Shown here: positions 48,601 through 62,030 of the stretch, in pieces
Position numbering within the stretch: position 1 is the stretch's first letter
How the letters are laid out: each line of letters starts with the position of its first letter
DNA from: Anthoceros angustus
Lineage: Eukaryota > Plantae > Anthocerotophyta
Length of the DNA stretch: 64,000 nt
Reading direction: 5' to 3'
NCBI GenBank assembly: GCA_010909165.1
Contig: MU008168.1
Coordinates: 1,302,001-1,366,000 of the forward strand
The notes under the pieces: generated by a model
Database searches by the model: none
Seen by the model: the letters and a program-made list of their open reading frames with translations, nothing else
Told to the model about the DNA's origin: nothing
Position numbers and translations under genes: made by a program

Positions 48601-49805
48601 CAAGATCGCCACTACCATCTTTACACTTCCGTTGTTTCTTCTTCATCAAGCTTGTCCCAATAAGCTTGCCAGCTCACCCTTTTACCGAGCGCTTCCACCA
48701 ACACACCAACAAAGAAGGTTTCGAGGAACCTCGTGGCAACAAGCAAGCTAGCCGGCCTGCATAACTGTACACCAAGTCATCGATGTTCCTCCATTCTTCC
48801 ACAGACGAAATTAGTAGTCCCTAGAAGGTAGCCATCATTTGCTCCGTGAAGGCCTCCAAAGTACCTAGCCAAAACATCCGACCCACCCACACGCCTTAAG
48901 CCCAATTGCATGTGTTCTCATCCCGCAGACATTCCAAATGGATAGAACCGCATCCCCGAGTGCCAATTCCACGCCAAGCTCGCCTGCCAAGAGATGTCGA
49001 CTTGCAAGGCTGCGGTCACCTCTCGCCGGGGCGGGTGGCAGCCCTCTGTGCCTCCTTACGCCTTACTCTCCCTTGGGCGTGATGCTCTCCCGCCACCATC
49101 CTCACTGCAGATGCCGCCATAGCCGCACCGCCTCCCCGCAGCCACACTGCCTCCTCCACCGCCAAGTGGTTCACCCATGGATTCCCCACACACCGCCCAC
49201 ACACAAATGTACCACCAACCCAAACTAGCACTTGAGCACCCAAAACGCCTCACCGGCGCCACACTAGCACCCTCCTAGGTAGCAAACAAAACCGTGTTAG
49301 AAACGACCTCCAAAAGCAAGCGACCTCCAATCGATCGAAATCCGGCTCCGCCCGCCACCCAGCGAATCTAAGCCCGCCACACTTCCGGCTTCCACGCCCG
49401 CGCGCAATCGGTCTGTGCACACCACGATGGCCCAGCCTCCACGCACGTCACAAACGTCATTCACATGAAGAGTCCGCCCCAAAACACTCGCTTTGCAAAA
49501 CCAAAGACCTAATCAACACATGTGGTCGCGTCCGCCTTGCGACAGCGCATTCAAGTGGACAAGGGGTACTTAGTCACTGAAATTGTCATTTGTCCCACCG
49601 TTAATTCAGGTAATAATGGCAATGATATATGTTATGCATGTTTTATGGAAAAAATTCAACAAAATTCTCCTCCCAAAAAGCGTATACACTAAAATTGAGA
49701 TCAATTTGGCGATATTTTTGCATAAAACATATTCCACGTAACTTCGAACATGCCAGCGGGGACGGTTTTGCGTTTCCAGTTGTGGTCACCATCGTGCTTA
49801 GACCC
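39686..49805 (+). mobile_element. Mirror copy of the Sola-like transposon (transposase core about 41900-43720)
   Basis: ATTG|GGGTGTAT...TTAGACCC|ATTG TTGCA TT TGGTATCGAGC; ORFs 42288..42530 and 42716..43159 carry transposase motifs. Confidence 0.8.
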
Positions 49806-50761
49806 ATTGTTGCATTTGGTATCGAGCCTACGATTCGAAAGCAATAAATTGCTAGCTGTCGAACACGCGCACGACCAACCATGAGTGATCACATCTCACC
49901 ACAAGAGGTGGAGAGACGGATCTCCAAAGAGTAAGACTTAAGAGCTGTTGGATGGAATTGGTTCTGAGTCGCCAAAGAGGTAGGCGGACCACCGCTTCCT
50001 CCAACAAGGTGGCCGAGTGCGTACTCTTGGACTAGTCCTGCGGAGATACTGAGACACAAGTCGGAGACGCAGCGGGCACATGGCGACAATCACGGGCCGA
50101 GGCGGCGGTGCATTACAAGACGTCGGTGTTGAGGCGCAGGGGCGCCCACGGTGAATATGCAAGCGGAGCCACTCCCACGCATAAACGGCCGACCAAGGAA
50201 GAAGAACGGCCCGCAATCCCACATTGACGAGTCGCTCCACGAGCATGCGCCGTAGTCCGGCAAAACCAAAAGCATCACACTGCAGAGGCTCTCCGTGTCG
50301 ATTGGAAGAGCGCACTGCAAGCTTGGAGAGGCATGCGTGTCCAAACTCCTGGTTTCACAGGACACCGGATGCTGGCGTGGAGTCATTGAGCCGGGAGAGT
50401 CAGCGAAGAAGGGCGGGGGTTGGACGCCACCGGTGAGTGGCGTGCTCCAAGCCTTTGATGCTGCCAGTACGATCCCACCGCGTCCCGCGACGGATCCCCA
50501 CAACAACCCCCAGCGCGGCGCGCCCGATCCAGCCAGACACGCCGCACAGCGCTGCACAAGCCCACGGACAAAGTCAGCACAGAGGAGAGAAGGAAGCGTC
50601 GAAGGTGCCGATGGGACCAGCAAGGGACTCGGAGTCGGAGGGAACCTTAGGAAGTTGGTAGTCGAACTCTTACTGAAGGTGATAACCAAGACATCAAGGC
50701 ACCGTGAGACGCCGCAACTCCTCACCGCACTGGGAGCACGCGAAGGGCAAGGCGTACCAGC

Positions 50762-53700
50762 CCTACTAAAAGGGCACCCTATGTTACAGTCGATGTTGCA
50801 ATTTTTTGTTACACTTCCACATTGCAACATGTTTTGGAGGCTTGGTATTAAGTTTGTTAGTTCTGTCCCCGTTTGGTGCAGCCATCTTAACACGAACCTG
50901 GCACTCTCTCTTCCCACCTCACCCTTCTGGGTACACCCCCTCTCTCACAAGCATTATTAATAATTTCCCACCTGCCCTTGTTACAGTCGTGTTGCAATTT
51001 TATGTAACACTTCCAACTTGCAACATGTTTTGATGGCTTGGTGTTAAGTTGGTCCATTTTTTCTCTTCCTTCTCCCACCATCCTAACACAATGCTTGGTC
51101 TCTCACTTCATGTACCACTTCAAAATTGCAACACTCTTTGGTGGCTTGGTGTTCAGGTGTCAATTTCTTATCCACCTTCTCACCCCATCTTAACACAATG
51201 CTTGGTCTCTCTCCTCTCACCTCACCCACCTTTATTGCCCCTTATCACACCCTTTTATACTCTTTCACTTCTCCTCCTCCATCATGGTGAGAAGGACCTC
51301 CCCTATCACAACCATTTTATACTCTTCCTCTTCCTCTTTCAACATGATTGTACAATGACCTCTCTCTCTGGGCTGTCCTTCCTTCCTATTTTACCTCCTT
51401 TGCATATACTTTGTATACATATATATGTTTGTAGGCTTCAAGACATAAGTATGTGTAAGTATGTACATATATATGTACACATCCATCTGTTATACTTCTA
51501 TTATATTAGTGTATTTATATGCCTCCTTTGTATACGTATATATATGTATATAGGCGTCAAGACTTGTTTATATAGTAATATATATGTGCTAACTAACGTC
51601 ACTCTCATACCTTGCATATATAAGTGTTTGATTTTATTGACAAATTAATTGGAATTTTGGATAGTTCAAGCGTCCTCTATCCCTTTCAAAGATCGGTGGC
51701 TTTGTTGCCACCGATGCAATTGGCTTTATCTACAAACATGTACGTCTTCCAAGTGATATGGCCATGCGTCTTGCGGCGTCACTTGGTGACTCTTGAGACC
51801 AACACCATTGTTTTCGTGGTTCCTCCACAACTTCCTAGACCTATCCAGTGCCTCAATCACCACTTTCACGGCGAAGGACCCCTGTAAATGCTAGGCTATA
51901 AAGGTGGGAATACCAATTCCATCTTTGTTCGATTGACCATCACCGGTCCACCCACGTCTTGGCGACTCAGCGTCAAGAAAATGGCTCAACATTCACATTC
52001 CCTCCACAAAGGCCCACACGCAGTTGTTTTCCAGTTGCATTGGCATGCGCTCCGCATTCTCTCATCCATCCGGGTTCCCCACCATCTCTCCGGTGCTCCG
52101 CTCCCACATCCAGTTCCCCACCATCTCTCCAGCGCTCCGCTCCCACATCCGTGTTCCCCACCATCTACGTTGCCTCCAGATCACTTGACGGTGACGCCTG
52201 CTTGCCACCTTTCCTCCATCTTCCTTCTCTCCACTAGTATCATGCCTTCCTTCCGACATGGCCTTCACCTTCCACTTTCCTTCCCTTCTTCCCCCAGTCA
52301 TGCACACATCACTTAGAGCTCACGTCCTACATATCACCACGTCGCACCAACCACCAACTCCTCATTCTCCACCCAACCTCCATCGCATAACCGCTCACAC
52401 CATGTACACTCCACCACGCCCATCACACAACAGCAATGGCGTCGTCAGTGGCTTCTTACCGCCAATTGCTCCATCAATTCTCCAATTTGGTGGTGGCAAT
52501 GTAGTCGGTATGTCGTCTCCACCTCATCATCCGCCATCTCCACATCCGCCTCCTCGCTTGCGCTTTCCCCATCATTCGCCACTCCGCCTCCCTCCGGTGG
52601 ACGCCTCCACTCCCGGGCAGCAGTTTCCTCCCTCCAGGCATCCTCCTCCCACGTTGTTGGGGTTATCCATCGCCACCGAGCAGAAGGTCCACAAGACCTC
52701 TCTCTCGCCACCACACGGTCGGCCTCTTGGGCAGCACCACCATGCTCCTCCCGATCGGTCCTCTTTCCTGACTCACGCCAAATTCCTCCTCCTCCTCCCG
52801 ATGTCACGGGGCGATTCCTCCTCCGAAAGTTTTGGATTCTCTCCTGCGGCTCCAGTTAGCTCCCACCTATTAGAGACACCCACTCCCCTTGCGGCCGCTT
52901 TCTCTCGATCGTCCTCCTCTTTGGACTCCACGCTTCTGGAAGTTGCTCCCCTCCAAAGACCCGACACCTCTCGCCGCCTCCGCTCACGCGATGATCATCC
53001 ACCCTCTCCACTTGGTGACTCTTCGACCAACACCATTGTTTTCGTGGTTCCTCCACAACTTCCTAGACCTATCCGCCTCAATCACCACTTTCACGGCGAA
53101 GGACCCCTGTAAATGCTAGGCTATAAAGGTGGGAATACCAATTCCATCTGCTTTGTTCGATTGACCATCACCGGTCCACCACGCATCGTGGCGACTCCTG
53201 CAAGAAAATGGCTCAACATTCACATTCCTCCACAAACGGCCCACCGCCACGGTTGTTTTCATTGCATTCGCATGCGCCCCGCATTCTCTCATCCATCCAG
53301 TTCCCCACCATCTCTCGTGCTCCTCCCACATCCGTTCCCCACCATCTCTCCAGCCCCGCTCCCACATCCGTGTTCCCCACCATCTACGTTGCCTCCAGAT
53401 CACTTGACGGTGACGCCTTGCCACCTTTCCTCCATCTTCCTTCTCTCCACTAGTATCTGCCCTTCCTTCCCATGGCCTTCACCTTCCACCGCTTTCCTTC
53501 CTTCTTCCTAGTCATGCACACACATCACTTAGAGCTCAGTCCTACATATCACCACGTCGCACCAACCCCAACTCCTCATTCTCCACCCAACCTCCATCGC
53601 ATAACGGCTCACAGCCATGTACACTCCACCACGCCCATGCACCGCACAACACGGCAATGACGCTGCCTAGTGGCTTACCGCCAACCGCCCATCAATTCTC

Positions 53701-56700
53701 CAATTTCGGTAGTGGCAATGTGATGTCTCCACCTCATCATCCGCCATCTCCACATCCGCCTCCTTGCTTTCCTCATCATTGCCGCCTCCGCCTCCTCCAA
53801 GAGCCTGCCTCCACCCTGTGCAGCTTTTCCCCTCCACAGCATCCTCCTCCCACGTTGTTGGGGTTATCCATCGCCACCGAATGAAGGTCCACAAGACCAA
53901 TGGCCTCTCTCGCCACCACACGGCCGGCCTCTTGGGCAGCACCACCATGCTCCTCCCGACCACAGTCCTCTTTCTCCTGACTCACGCCAAATTCCTCCTC
54001 CTCTCGATGTCACGGCCCGATTCCTCCTCCGAAAGTTTTGGATTCTCTCCTCGCAGCGGGCCCAGTAGCTCCCACCTATTAGAGACACCCACTCCCCTTG
54101 CGGCCGCTTTCTCAAAGATCGCCTCCTCTTTGGCAGACTCCACCGGGAAGTTGCTCCCCTCCAAAGACCCGACACCTCTCTCCGCCTCGCCTCACGCGAT
54201 GATCATCCACCCTCCACTTCAGAATCCGCATTCTCCACTGCCCACCTCACTTGCGCTAGGACCATCCTTCGTGCTTCCATCCAAGAAGGGGACTACGTGG
54301 CATGCCATGCCGGCTCCTTGCCTTGCCATGCCACCTTCCTCACTACTTCGTGTTTGTGCCGCAAGTGCAAACAAAACCTTCCTTGTCCACGTATGCCATT
54401 CCTCCATGCATGCCATATATAGTCCCCGCTTTTTATGACCATTTCGTGACCCAAGGACAAGTGTTTGCAATGCGATTTCGAGTGGCCGATGACCAAGGAA
54501 GTGCCATGCCATGACAAGGTCATGGCCATCTTACAACGCCATGAACCAAGGACAATGGTTCCCTTTCTCTCAAATAAAATTCTCCCTCCACCATGGTCCA
54601 AGGAAGGTGGGTGCAAGCCATTAGAATAATTGAAAACTCATGGCATGGAAGAAAACATGCCACGTCGAAGGTCGTTTGACAGACGCTACTGTTCGCTTTG
54701 GTAATAATCTATATCAACATCTACACCATTGTGCAAGGACGGTGGGTGGCGTGAGAGCCATTCAAGCAAACTAAATGCCCCTTTCATTATGCCATGAATG
54801 AAGGACCGTCATTATGTGAATTTGCCATATATGCCAATTCCGTTCTCCTAGATAATGATGTCCATCGTTCGAGACTCCCATTCGCTCTCCACCAATCATG
54901 CGCGTCACATGGCGAGCGTATAATGTATTCACGCCCTCGGCACCATGCTAGGGTGACGGCTCACGCGTCACTATGGCGTCGCACCGTCGCAAAGATTTCC
55001 AGCCCTTAGGAGACATGAAAACAAACTTCGCATTCCGCTCCTTTATGGCCGCGGCGCGCCGGCTTCACACTCATTGCATTTACCAGAATCGTCATTGGTC
55101 GACGGCGACCATCAAAGCCCGCCATGTTTGGTTTGTCACATATGAGCTTGAAATTCAAGATCCTCTCATCCGCAACCCGATGTGGCACAGGGCACAGAGG
55201 TCAGAAGGTGGTGGTCCGCTTTAAATGTCACCACCTTGCCCTCGCTTCACGCTACTACCTTTCTCTTGGTCATCCTCGCATGCGGCGAGCCTGTCTTCGA
55301 AACATGCCACTGCGGCGCTCTCCTGCTACCTTATGCCATGTATGACGGACATGTTGACGTGTCAAGCTAGCTTCGGAAACCTAAATGGGCGTGGAGTGGT
55401 AGTTCGCACCACGAGGCGTGTGTTCATGTCTCCATCTTCGTGCACAACTAGAAATACTGATGGCCATCAAGGATCCTTTGCAAAGGTTGGAGGCGGTGTC
55501 ACCGCCTCATGGCGTAGCAGCTGTCTCGTGGCTATCCTCGTGGGGACTTGCCGTCGGTGGAGGTGGTTCCTTCCACATGGTGCGGCATGGTGTTCTGGTG
55601 ACCACACACGGTATGGCTGGGGGGTTCAGCTGTGAGGCGCCGGATGTGAACACTTTTTTTGGCCCTATTCGCCTACCTACAAGTCCATGCCTGCAGGCTA
55701 AAGTGTTTGTGGAATCCGCATAAGTCAAAACCGCCGCCTTCCGCTGCCTGACCTGTGTCTGTTTGTGGATCATTGCAGAAGTGTGTGCACATTATTGTTG
55801 CCTGGTGGTGGAAACCGACGATGGCCATTAAGGACAAGGGCTGCAATTCCCTGTCAATGACGATGGCCATCGAGGATGATGGATGGGAGGTTGCTCTCCC
55901 TCGATCAAGGACCGGTATGGAGGGCCGTCATCCCTTGGCTCTTCGTCTCGGGGCAGCGGGGCGTCGTGTGGCGGACGGTTTATACCTCACAATGTGGGGA
56001 CATATGCTTACCGTAATTAAACATTGGGATGGGAAAGTCCTTCATCCTTGATCACTACTTGTACTTCCCATCGTCACGCAATAAAACTCGATGACGTCTT
56101 GTCCTTGGCGGAATGGATTATGGTTTGGTGCCCGTCCATACCGTTGACGGACATGACAAGTCACCCTTTGACGTCACTTAAGTCACGCGTCGAAAGTGGA
56201 ATAAATCATGTATGGTGATTGGTTTGCATGCTATAGTCTATTGTCTCCTCCCTCCGGATGCACAAGGCAATCTTTGGTCGGTGGAAGGCTGATTAATGGT
56301 AAAATGCGAATGGCGCATTGAGATGCGCCATGTGGGCAATATAATACATCATGAGTAACGTCAGAACCAATGGGACATGAAACTTGCTCCCAAGTCGCAA
56401 GGTTGTGGTCGAAAATTGTTCGATTATGGGCAAGTAGCATGTGCCACCGCTCCCGGCCAAGAGGAGTAAATGACAACCGGGCCTTTGCAAACAAAGCTTT
56501 TTCAAAATAGCAGCCTTGAATTCGGCTAGGGACTCATGGCCCGCACCTTTCACGAGAGGAAGCCATTGCCTTGACAGATGGCAAGGTGGTGGACAACCGT
56601 TCGCAGGATGGGGAGTATGGCGGTGAAGCTTGCTAGAGTCACGTCTGAAGGCGCTGCGAACACCATAGTCGGACGTCGGCAGCCGCCGTATCTGGGTGGG

Positions 56701-59296
56701 GAGGATGAGGGGCCAAATGGCCTCGGGCTATCTCGCTCATCCACCGCACCCGCGGTCTCCATTCGACATCGGCGATGTGAAGAAGCGGCCTCCTCGTCGA
56801 CGGTCGGTGAGAGGTAAGGCGAGGCATGGGCATGGAGCCAACTTGATTTTGACGACTTTGAGACGTGGAACCTCCCACCGACGGATGCGGAGTTGGAGCT
56901 GCGTCAGGAAGTGAAGGAAATAGATGAAGAGCTTCGCTGGATGAGGTGGGTTTTCGCACTCGCGTTAAGTGATGGCAAAGTGTGCTGCGTTCAAGTTTGC
57001 GGGCGGATGAGTGGGCATGGTGGACAAACGGGTAACACATGTGCACTGGCATGTGGCAGCGTTCAAGCTTGAGACAAGGGAGGCAACCTTCGAGGGACGG
57101 CGGTGGATTGCTAGAAGGGAAAGGGTGGAAATCGTGAAAGGCGATAGTGGGGTTCGTACTGAGTTCCTTCCCGTAAGATAGGGAGTGTATGAAAAGATCC
57201 TAGAGGTTCGGCTATTGCAAGGAGAACAAGGAAAATGACCATTTTGCTTAACGACATTGAATTGAAGATGGATCCGATATGGTGGCCTTTCCGAGACGAC
57301 GGAAGGAAGGGGTGGAGGCAACGATGGTGCACGAGGTGGTGACATGGACGAGAGGCTATCAAGGAATGCGGATGGCGGAAGGGGCTTGGGAGGAAGGAGG
57401 CCGAGGGGCGAGGACAAGGACTTTGAATGGGGAAAGGCGACGATGAACAAGGAGCGGGAAGTGGAGACTGAGAGCTTGAGGAAGCATGCAGAGGAGGCAG
57501 CGGAGGGAACCGAGTGGCAGTGTGGGCGATATTGTGGTGCCCGCGACACCACGATTGCCTAGGATGTTGGTGGGCATGCACAGGATTGGGGTCAATGGAG
57601 GCGCAACGAGGGCAGGTCGTGGGCAGCAAGCAAATAATGGAAAAGAGGTGGAGGGTGCCCGACCGCGGTGGCGCCATGTATGGGGAGGGTGGAGGCCGTT
57701 GGGATCGAGATGGAGTCGGCGCCGATGGAGGCGGGGAACAAGGTGTGTGGGCGGGGAGTCGGGTGGTGGAGCACGGAGGGGCAACCGTCACCGAAGAAAC
57801 ACACTTGTGTGCACTATGGACAGCCAAAAATCGCAGGGGACTAGGAGGCGGGTGGCGGAGGCAGACGATGAGTGGATCACCCAGCGGCAGCCATGGTGCG
57901 AGGGCAAAAGGCGCGTGAACATGAGGCGGATGTCGAGGGAGAGAGAATGAAGGAGGACTAAGAGGGCAACATGCAGTGCGGTTGATATCGGCAAAGGCCA
58001 ATGCAGATGGAGGCCGGGGACAGGGGCGTGGGGGACTGCAGAGAACATGGGAGCAGAGGAGGCGGTCAAGAGGACGATGTGCCTAATTTTGTGCCGACAC
58101 ATACCTTGCAGCCTCGGATCAGAGCATGGACACATAGTGGAGCCCCAGTTGAGGCAATGCCACGTGATAAAGGGTGGAGGCCGAAGAGGAAAACGGAGGA
58201 GGAGTAGAGGCGGTGGGCGGTGGGCAAGTGACAAGGGCACGGGCTGCACCGGAAGGAGGACGGAAGAGGAAAATGTCCAGCAAGAAGGCGTAAGAAAAGA
58301 GGAGGACGGAGGGAAGGTAAGGCAAATGGACAGCTTCTGTGGAAACCCATTAACTGGATAACTCATGACGCCATGCTGGTTTGTATGTGCAATGTGTCAG
58401 GCGGGGAGGAAGCGGAGGAAGTGGCAAAGCTTGCCTCGCCAAACGCAAGTGGGAGGAAGAAGAAAATTGCGAATCGAGCAGGAGGCGGAAGTTTCGTGGT
58501 GCATACGATGGAGTAGGAAGTGCCTTACATGGAGGCGAAAAGCATAAGCCAGCGCATACCAAATCTCCTCCGCAGACAATCTTGTAGGGGCATAACCTCA
58601 CGGTGATCACAATAAGGTGATAGGTGGGGACAATATCTTCTTGGGCGCCATGGCGGAAGCCGATGGCTGTTGACGTGGGAAGGACAAACCGCAAGCCGCA
58701 TGCTATAAAGTAGGGGTATAAAGGGCCGCTATTTACACGTATAGTAAATACAAAGTATCGTACCATGAATATATACGGACCGATTAATGTATGTGTCGTA
58801 ATATACAAACTTATTTATATGAAATTGAATACACCCATTATAGCACTTAGAATAATACATTACATTTATCACCGTAGACTACATGCGTATAGTACAAGGA
58901 TGTATTGATACGTATTTATATGGTCGTATTGAAGGGTGTATCGGTGGTAACTACCAAGTAAAGCGTGGTATTTCAAAGGGCAAAAGTAAAGGGCAATGGT
59001 GGATGGGGAGGAGGTTCGTACCAAGCCTCCAAAAGTGTTACAAGACCTCTCTTGTAACACTTTAGATGTTGCAATCATGTTGCAATTTTGAGAGGGCAAA
59101 ACCACCTCTCACTTCATCTTAACATAATTGCAACACCATTGCAACATGATTGCAACAACCGTGGTATGGTTTCCAAGCCAAAGTGTAACAAGGGGCCCAA
59201 AAGTGTTACATGACCCCAAAATTGCAACATGAGTGTTACATCCAGGGGTCCAAATCTTAACATAAGTGTAACATAGGTGCCCTTTTCTAGTAGGTG
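50762..59296. mobile_element. Mirror copy of the CACTA element, with an extra 1.23-kb internal tandem duplication
   Basis: AGC|CCTACTAAAAGGGCACC...GCCCTTTTCTAGTAGGTG|AGC. Confidence 0.8.
51782..54219. repeat. Tandem duplication, about 1229-bp unit x2, right arm only
   Basis: CTTGGTGACTCTT..ACCAACACCATTGTTTTCGTGG occurs at 51782 and 53011; the left arm has a single copy (about 23790-25000). Confidence 0.92.
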
Positions 59297-59670
59297 AGCG
59301 AATTGAGTCACAAGGGACGGCGCTATTCAAACCTCGTACAGCTTGGACAAAGAATTACAACAGAAGATCGTAATCTACCACATTCAACGGCAATGAAAAG
59401 GATGCACAAGGTACACGATTGGTTGGACAAGCTCGACAACAATTAACGCTTGACGAGGACGATCTTCAAAAAATCCAGTTTTGTGTTATGTCCTTGGAGG
59501 GCTACGCCTACAGGTGGTGGAGGCAGAGGGAGAGACAGGTGGAGATTGGAATGGAGAAGCCGATCTACTCCTGGTCGTCCTTCCGGCAGATCTTCTTGGA
59601 GAACTTCCTCCCTGTCAACCACCGAAGGGAGCTTTATCACCAGTTCTGGAAGATACAACAACTAGGAACA

Positions 59671-62030
59671 CGATAATTTTTGAAGGGGGTTAATAATCTC
59701 AAGGGGTTTCCAAATAATCTCGAAGGGGTTTTGATGGGCCCTAAAAGGCTTTTGAAGGCATTGCGGAAAAAGCCCAAAAAAGGTGTCACCAAGAAAGTTA
59801 CTACTTTCCATCCAAAGAATGTTTGTGTCGAATGGTGGTCGCAAACTCGAACCTGGGGAATGATGCAAAGTAGGAGCGGTGAGGAAGGCCGGCAGGACGA
59901 TCAGAACTCGCTTTTGGGATGGAAATGTGGTTTTGTTATGACACCACAAAAGCCACGAGGTATTTCCTAACTAAACAAGAACCGGACTTACAACATTAAC
60001 TCGGGACCGGAAAACGAGATTTCCACTCATCCCCGTAGTTCAATCCATCGTCATCACTTGGTCCAGTTCTCCTGCATTGTCATCACTATCTTCACGACAC
60101 TTTGACTCGCAGTTGTATGAAGCCACGCAACTCGCAGAGCTTATCCCTTATCGCTTTTTGTCCACCGATACTGATGTTTCCGCAATGCTCAACACCCATA
60201 ATCTGGATGACTCATTCACAAATACCTCGTATGTTTTTAGGTAATGGATCTTATTCCCTTTTTCCTCGGCATTGGACCGGATGGGTTACCACCGGGCGGA
60301 CTATGTATTCCCGCATATCTCCTTCATACGCATCTATGTGCTCGGTCCGATACCGTGGATAAGAAAGTGAGGTCGGTGCGCTTCACGTCAATGACCTCCC
60401 AATCCGAATGGCCTAGTATGCGTGTCCGTATTGCACGGCACGCTGTAAACATCCTCTCGATTCGTTATGTCCCCATTCATCCGTGCCATTTCAGCTGTTG
60501 CCTTCCCGCATTTTGATATGCCCCAAATACATATCACGCGTGGAGGTCCCTCAATAATGCCTCATCTAGCAAAGCTTCATCCGCACTTGAAGTGGTCAGT
60601 GTATGATCCACTTCTACACGTGAAAACCACTTCCAAGGACGTGTAGCACTAGCCCAATGTTATTCTCCACAATGATAGCAATCTCCTTCCGTCCACCCAA
60701 AAGGCTTCCCACCACTTATACTCTTCAATACCACTTATGGACGCAAATCTTTTAACCCTTCCCGCAAATGGGCCACACCTTCCATCGGTGATAGGATACC
60801 CTGCCCTTCTTGTCCCCCTAGCTTCACCCAGAGGATGGTGCAAGGAGGGCGCCGACGGCGCCTCCCCAAGATGCGCTCATGGGCGCCGGCCGGCGCCTCC
60901 CCTAGCACACTGCCCATGGCGCCGGCCGGCGCCCCTAGCACACCTGCCCATGGGCGCGGCGCCGCGCCAACACGCCCTGCCACGCCCCCTAGCACACGCC
61001 CATGGCCGGCCGGCGCCTCCCCTAGCACACCGCCCATGGGCGCCGGCCGGCGCCTCCCCTAGCACACCTGCCCATGGCCGCCGGCGCCTCCCGCACCGCA
61101 CGGCGCCCACACGCCGCCCCGGCGCCGGCGCCCACACGCCATGTGCCATGGCGCTGGCCGGCCGGCGCCTCCCCTAACACCTGCCACCATGGCGCCGGCC
61201 GGCGCCCCCTCCTCATAGGCTGTCTTAAAGAAAATATATTTAGCGCCTCAAGAGTTGCAACTTGGGATTGTTGGTCTAGTGTTTGGGAAATAAGTGTAGT
61301 AATGAATAGGTTTGTGTTCAAAACCTCGTGCCTCCTCAACTTCAATTTTGTTGATTTTAAGGATGCTTGCATGGGCGCATGGGCAACTAACTTTGTTCAT
61401 TTAAGGACGCTAGCATTGCCTTAAAGCCCAAGTGGTTGCATTGAGTGCCGAAGGTTGAAGACCACGATGGCGACCTTTTGGATGAGGGTCACCCTAGATG
61501 CCGTGGCGCCGACACCGTGACCGGGCCCAAGAATGGTACTATTGAAGACGAGCAAGCAATGGAGGAGAACGACAACTTCGAGGCGGAGGATATGGACCGC
61601 CCGAATATGGCGGTGGTACTTGACTCCGGCGCAAGGCATGGATGAGTCGCCAGCCGCACTCTTGAATGGCTATTGTCGATGCCGATGACCACTTCCTTTA
61701 GCGCTTGTTTGTTGCAATGTTCTCACGACCATTAAATGAGACTCCGCTAGTATTGTTTTCATTGTGTTCCACCACTTGAAAGTAAAAGTTTTCTTGTAAT
61801 AAACATATGAAAATGGCAGCCCTATGCATTCTACAAAACGCACGCGGCCCACACCCTATTGTGCTCAGCCTCGGTGTAGACTTGAAAGTGCATCTTTTAT
61901 CAAAGATATGACCTCGTAAAGTGTGTGCATTATCAAAGTAGGGCACATATCTTTGTTCTAGGAAGGTGTTCTTAAGTGACAAGGGGTCTTTGTCTCGGCC
62001 GAAGATATCCCCCTTCAAAAATTATCGGTT
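59671..62030. mobile_element. Mirror copy of the 2.37-kb TIR element
   Basis: TAGGAACA|CGATAATTTTTGAAGGGGG...CCCCCTTCAAAAATTATCGGTT|TAGGAATC. Confidence 0.75.
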
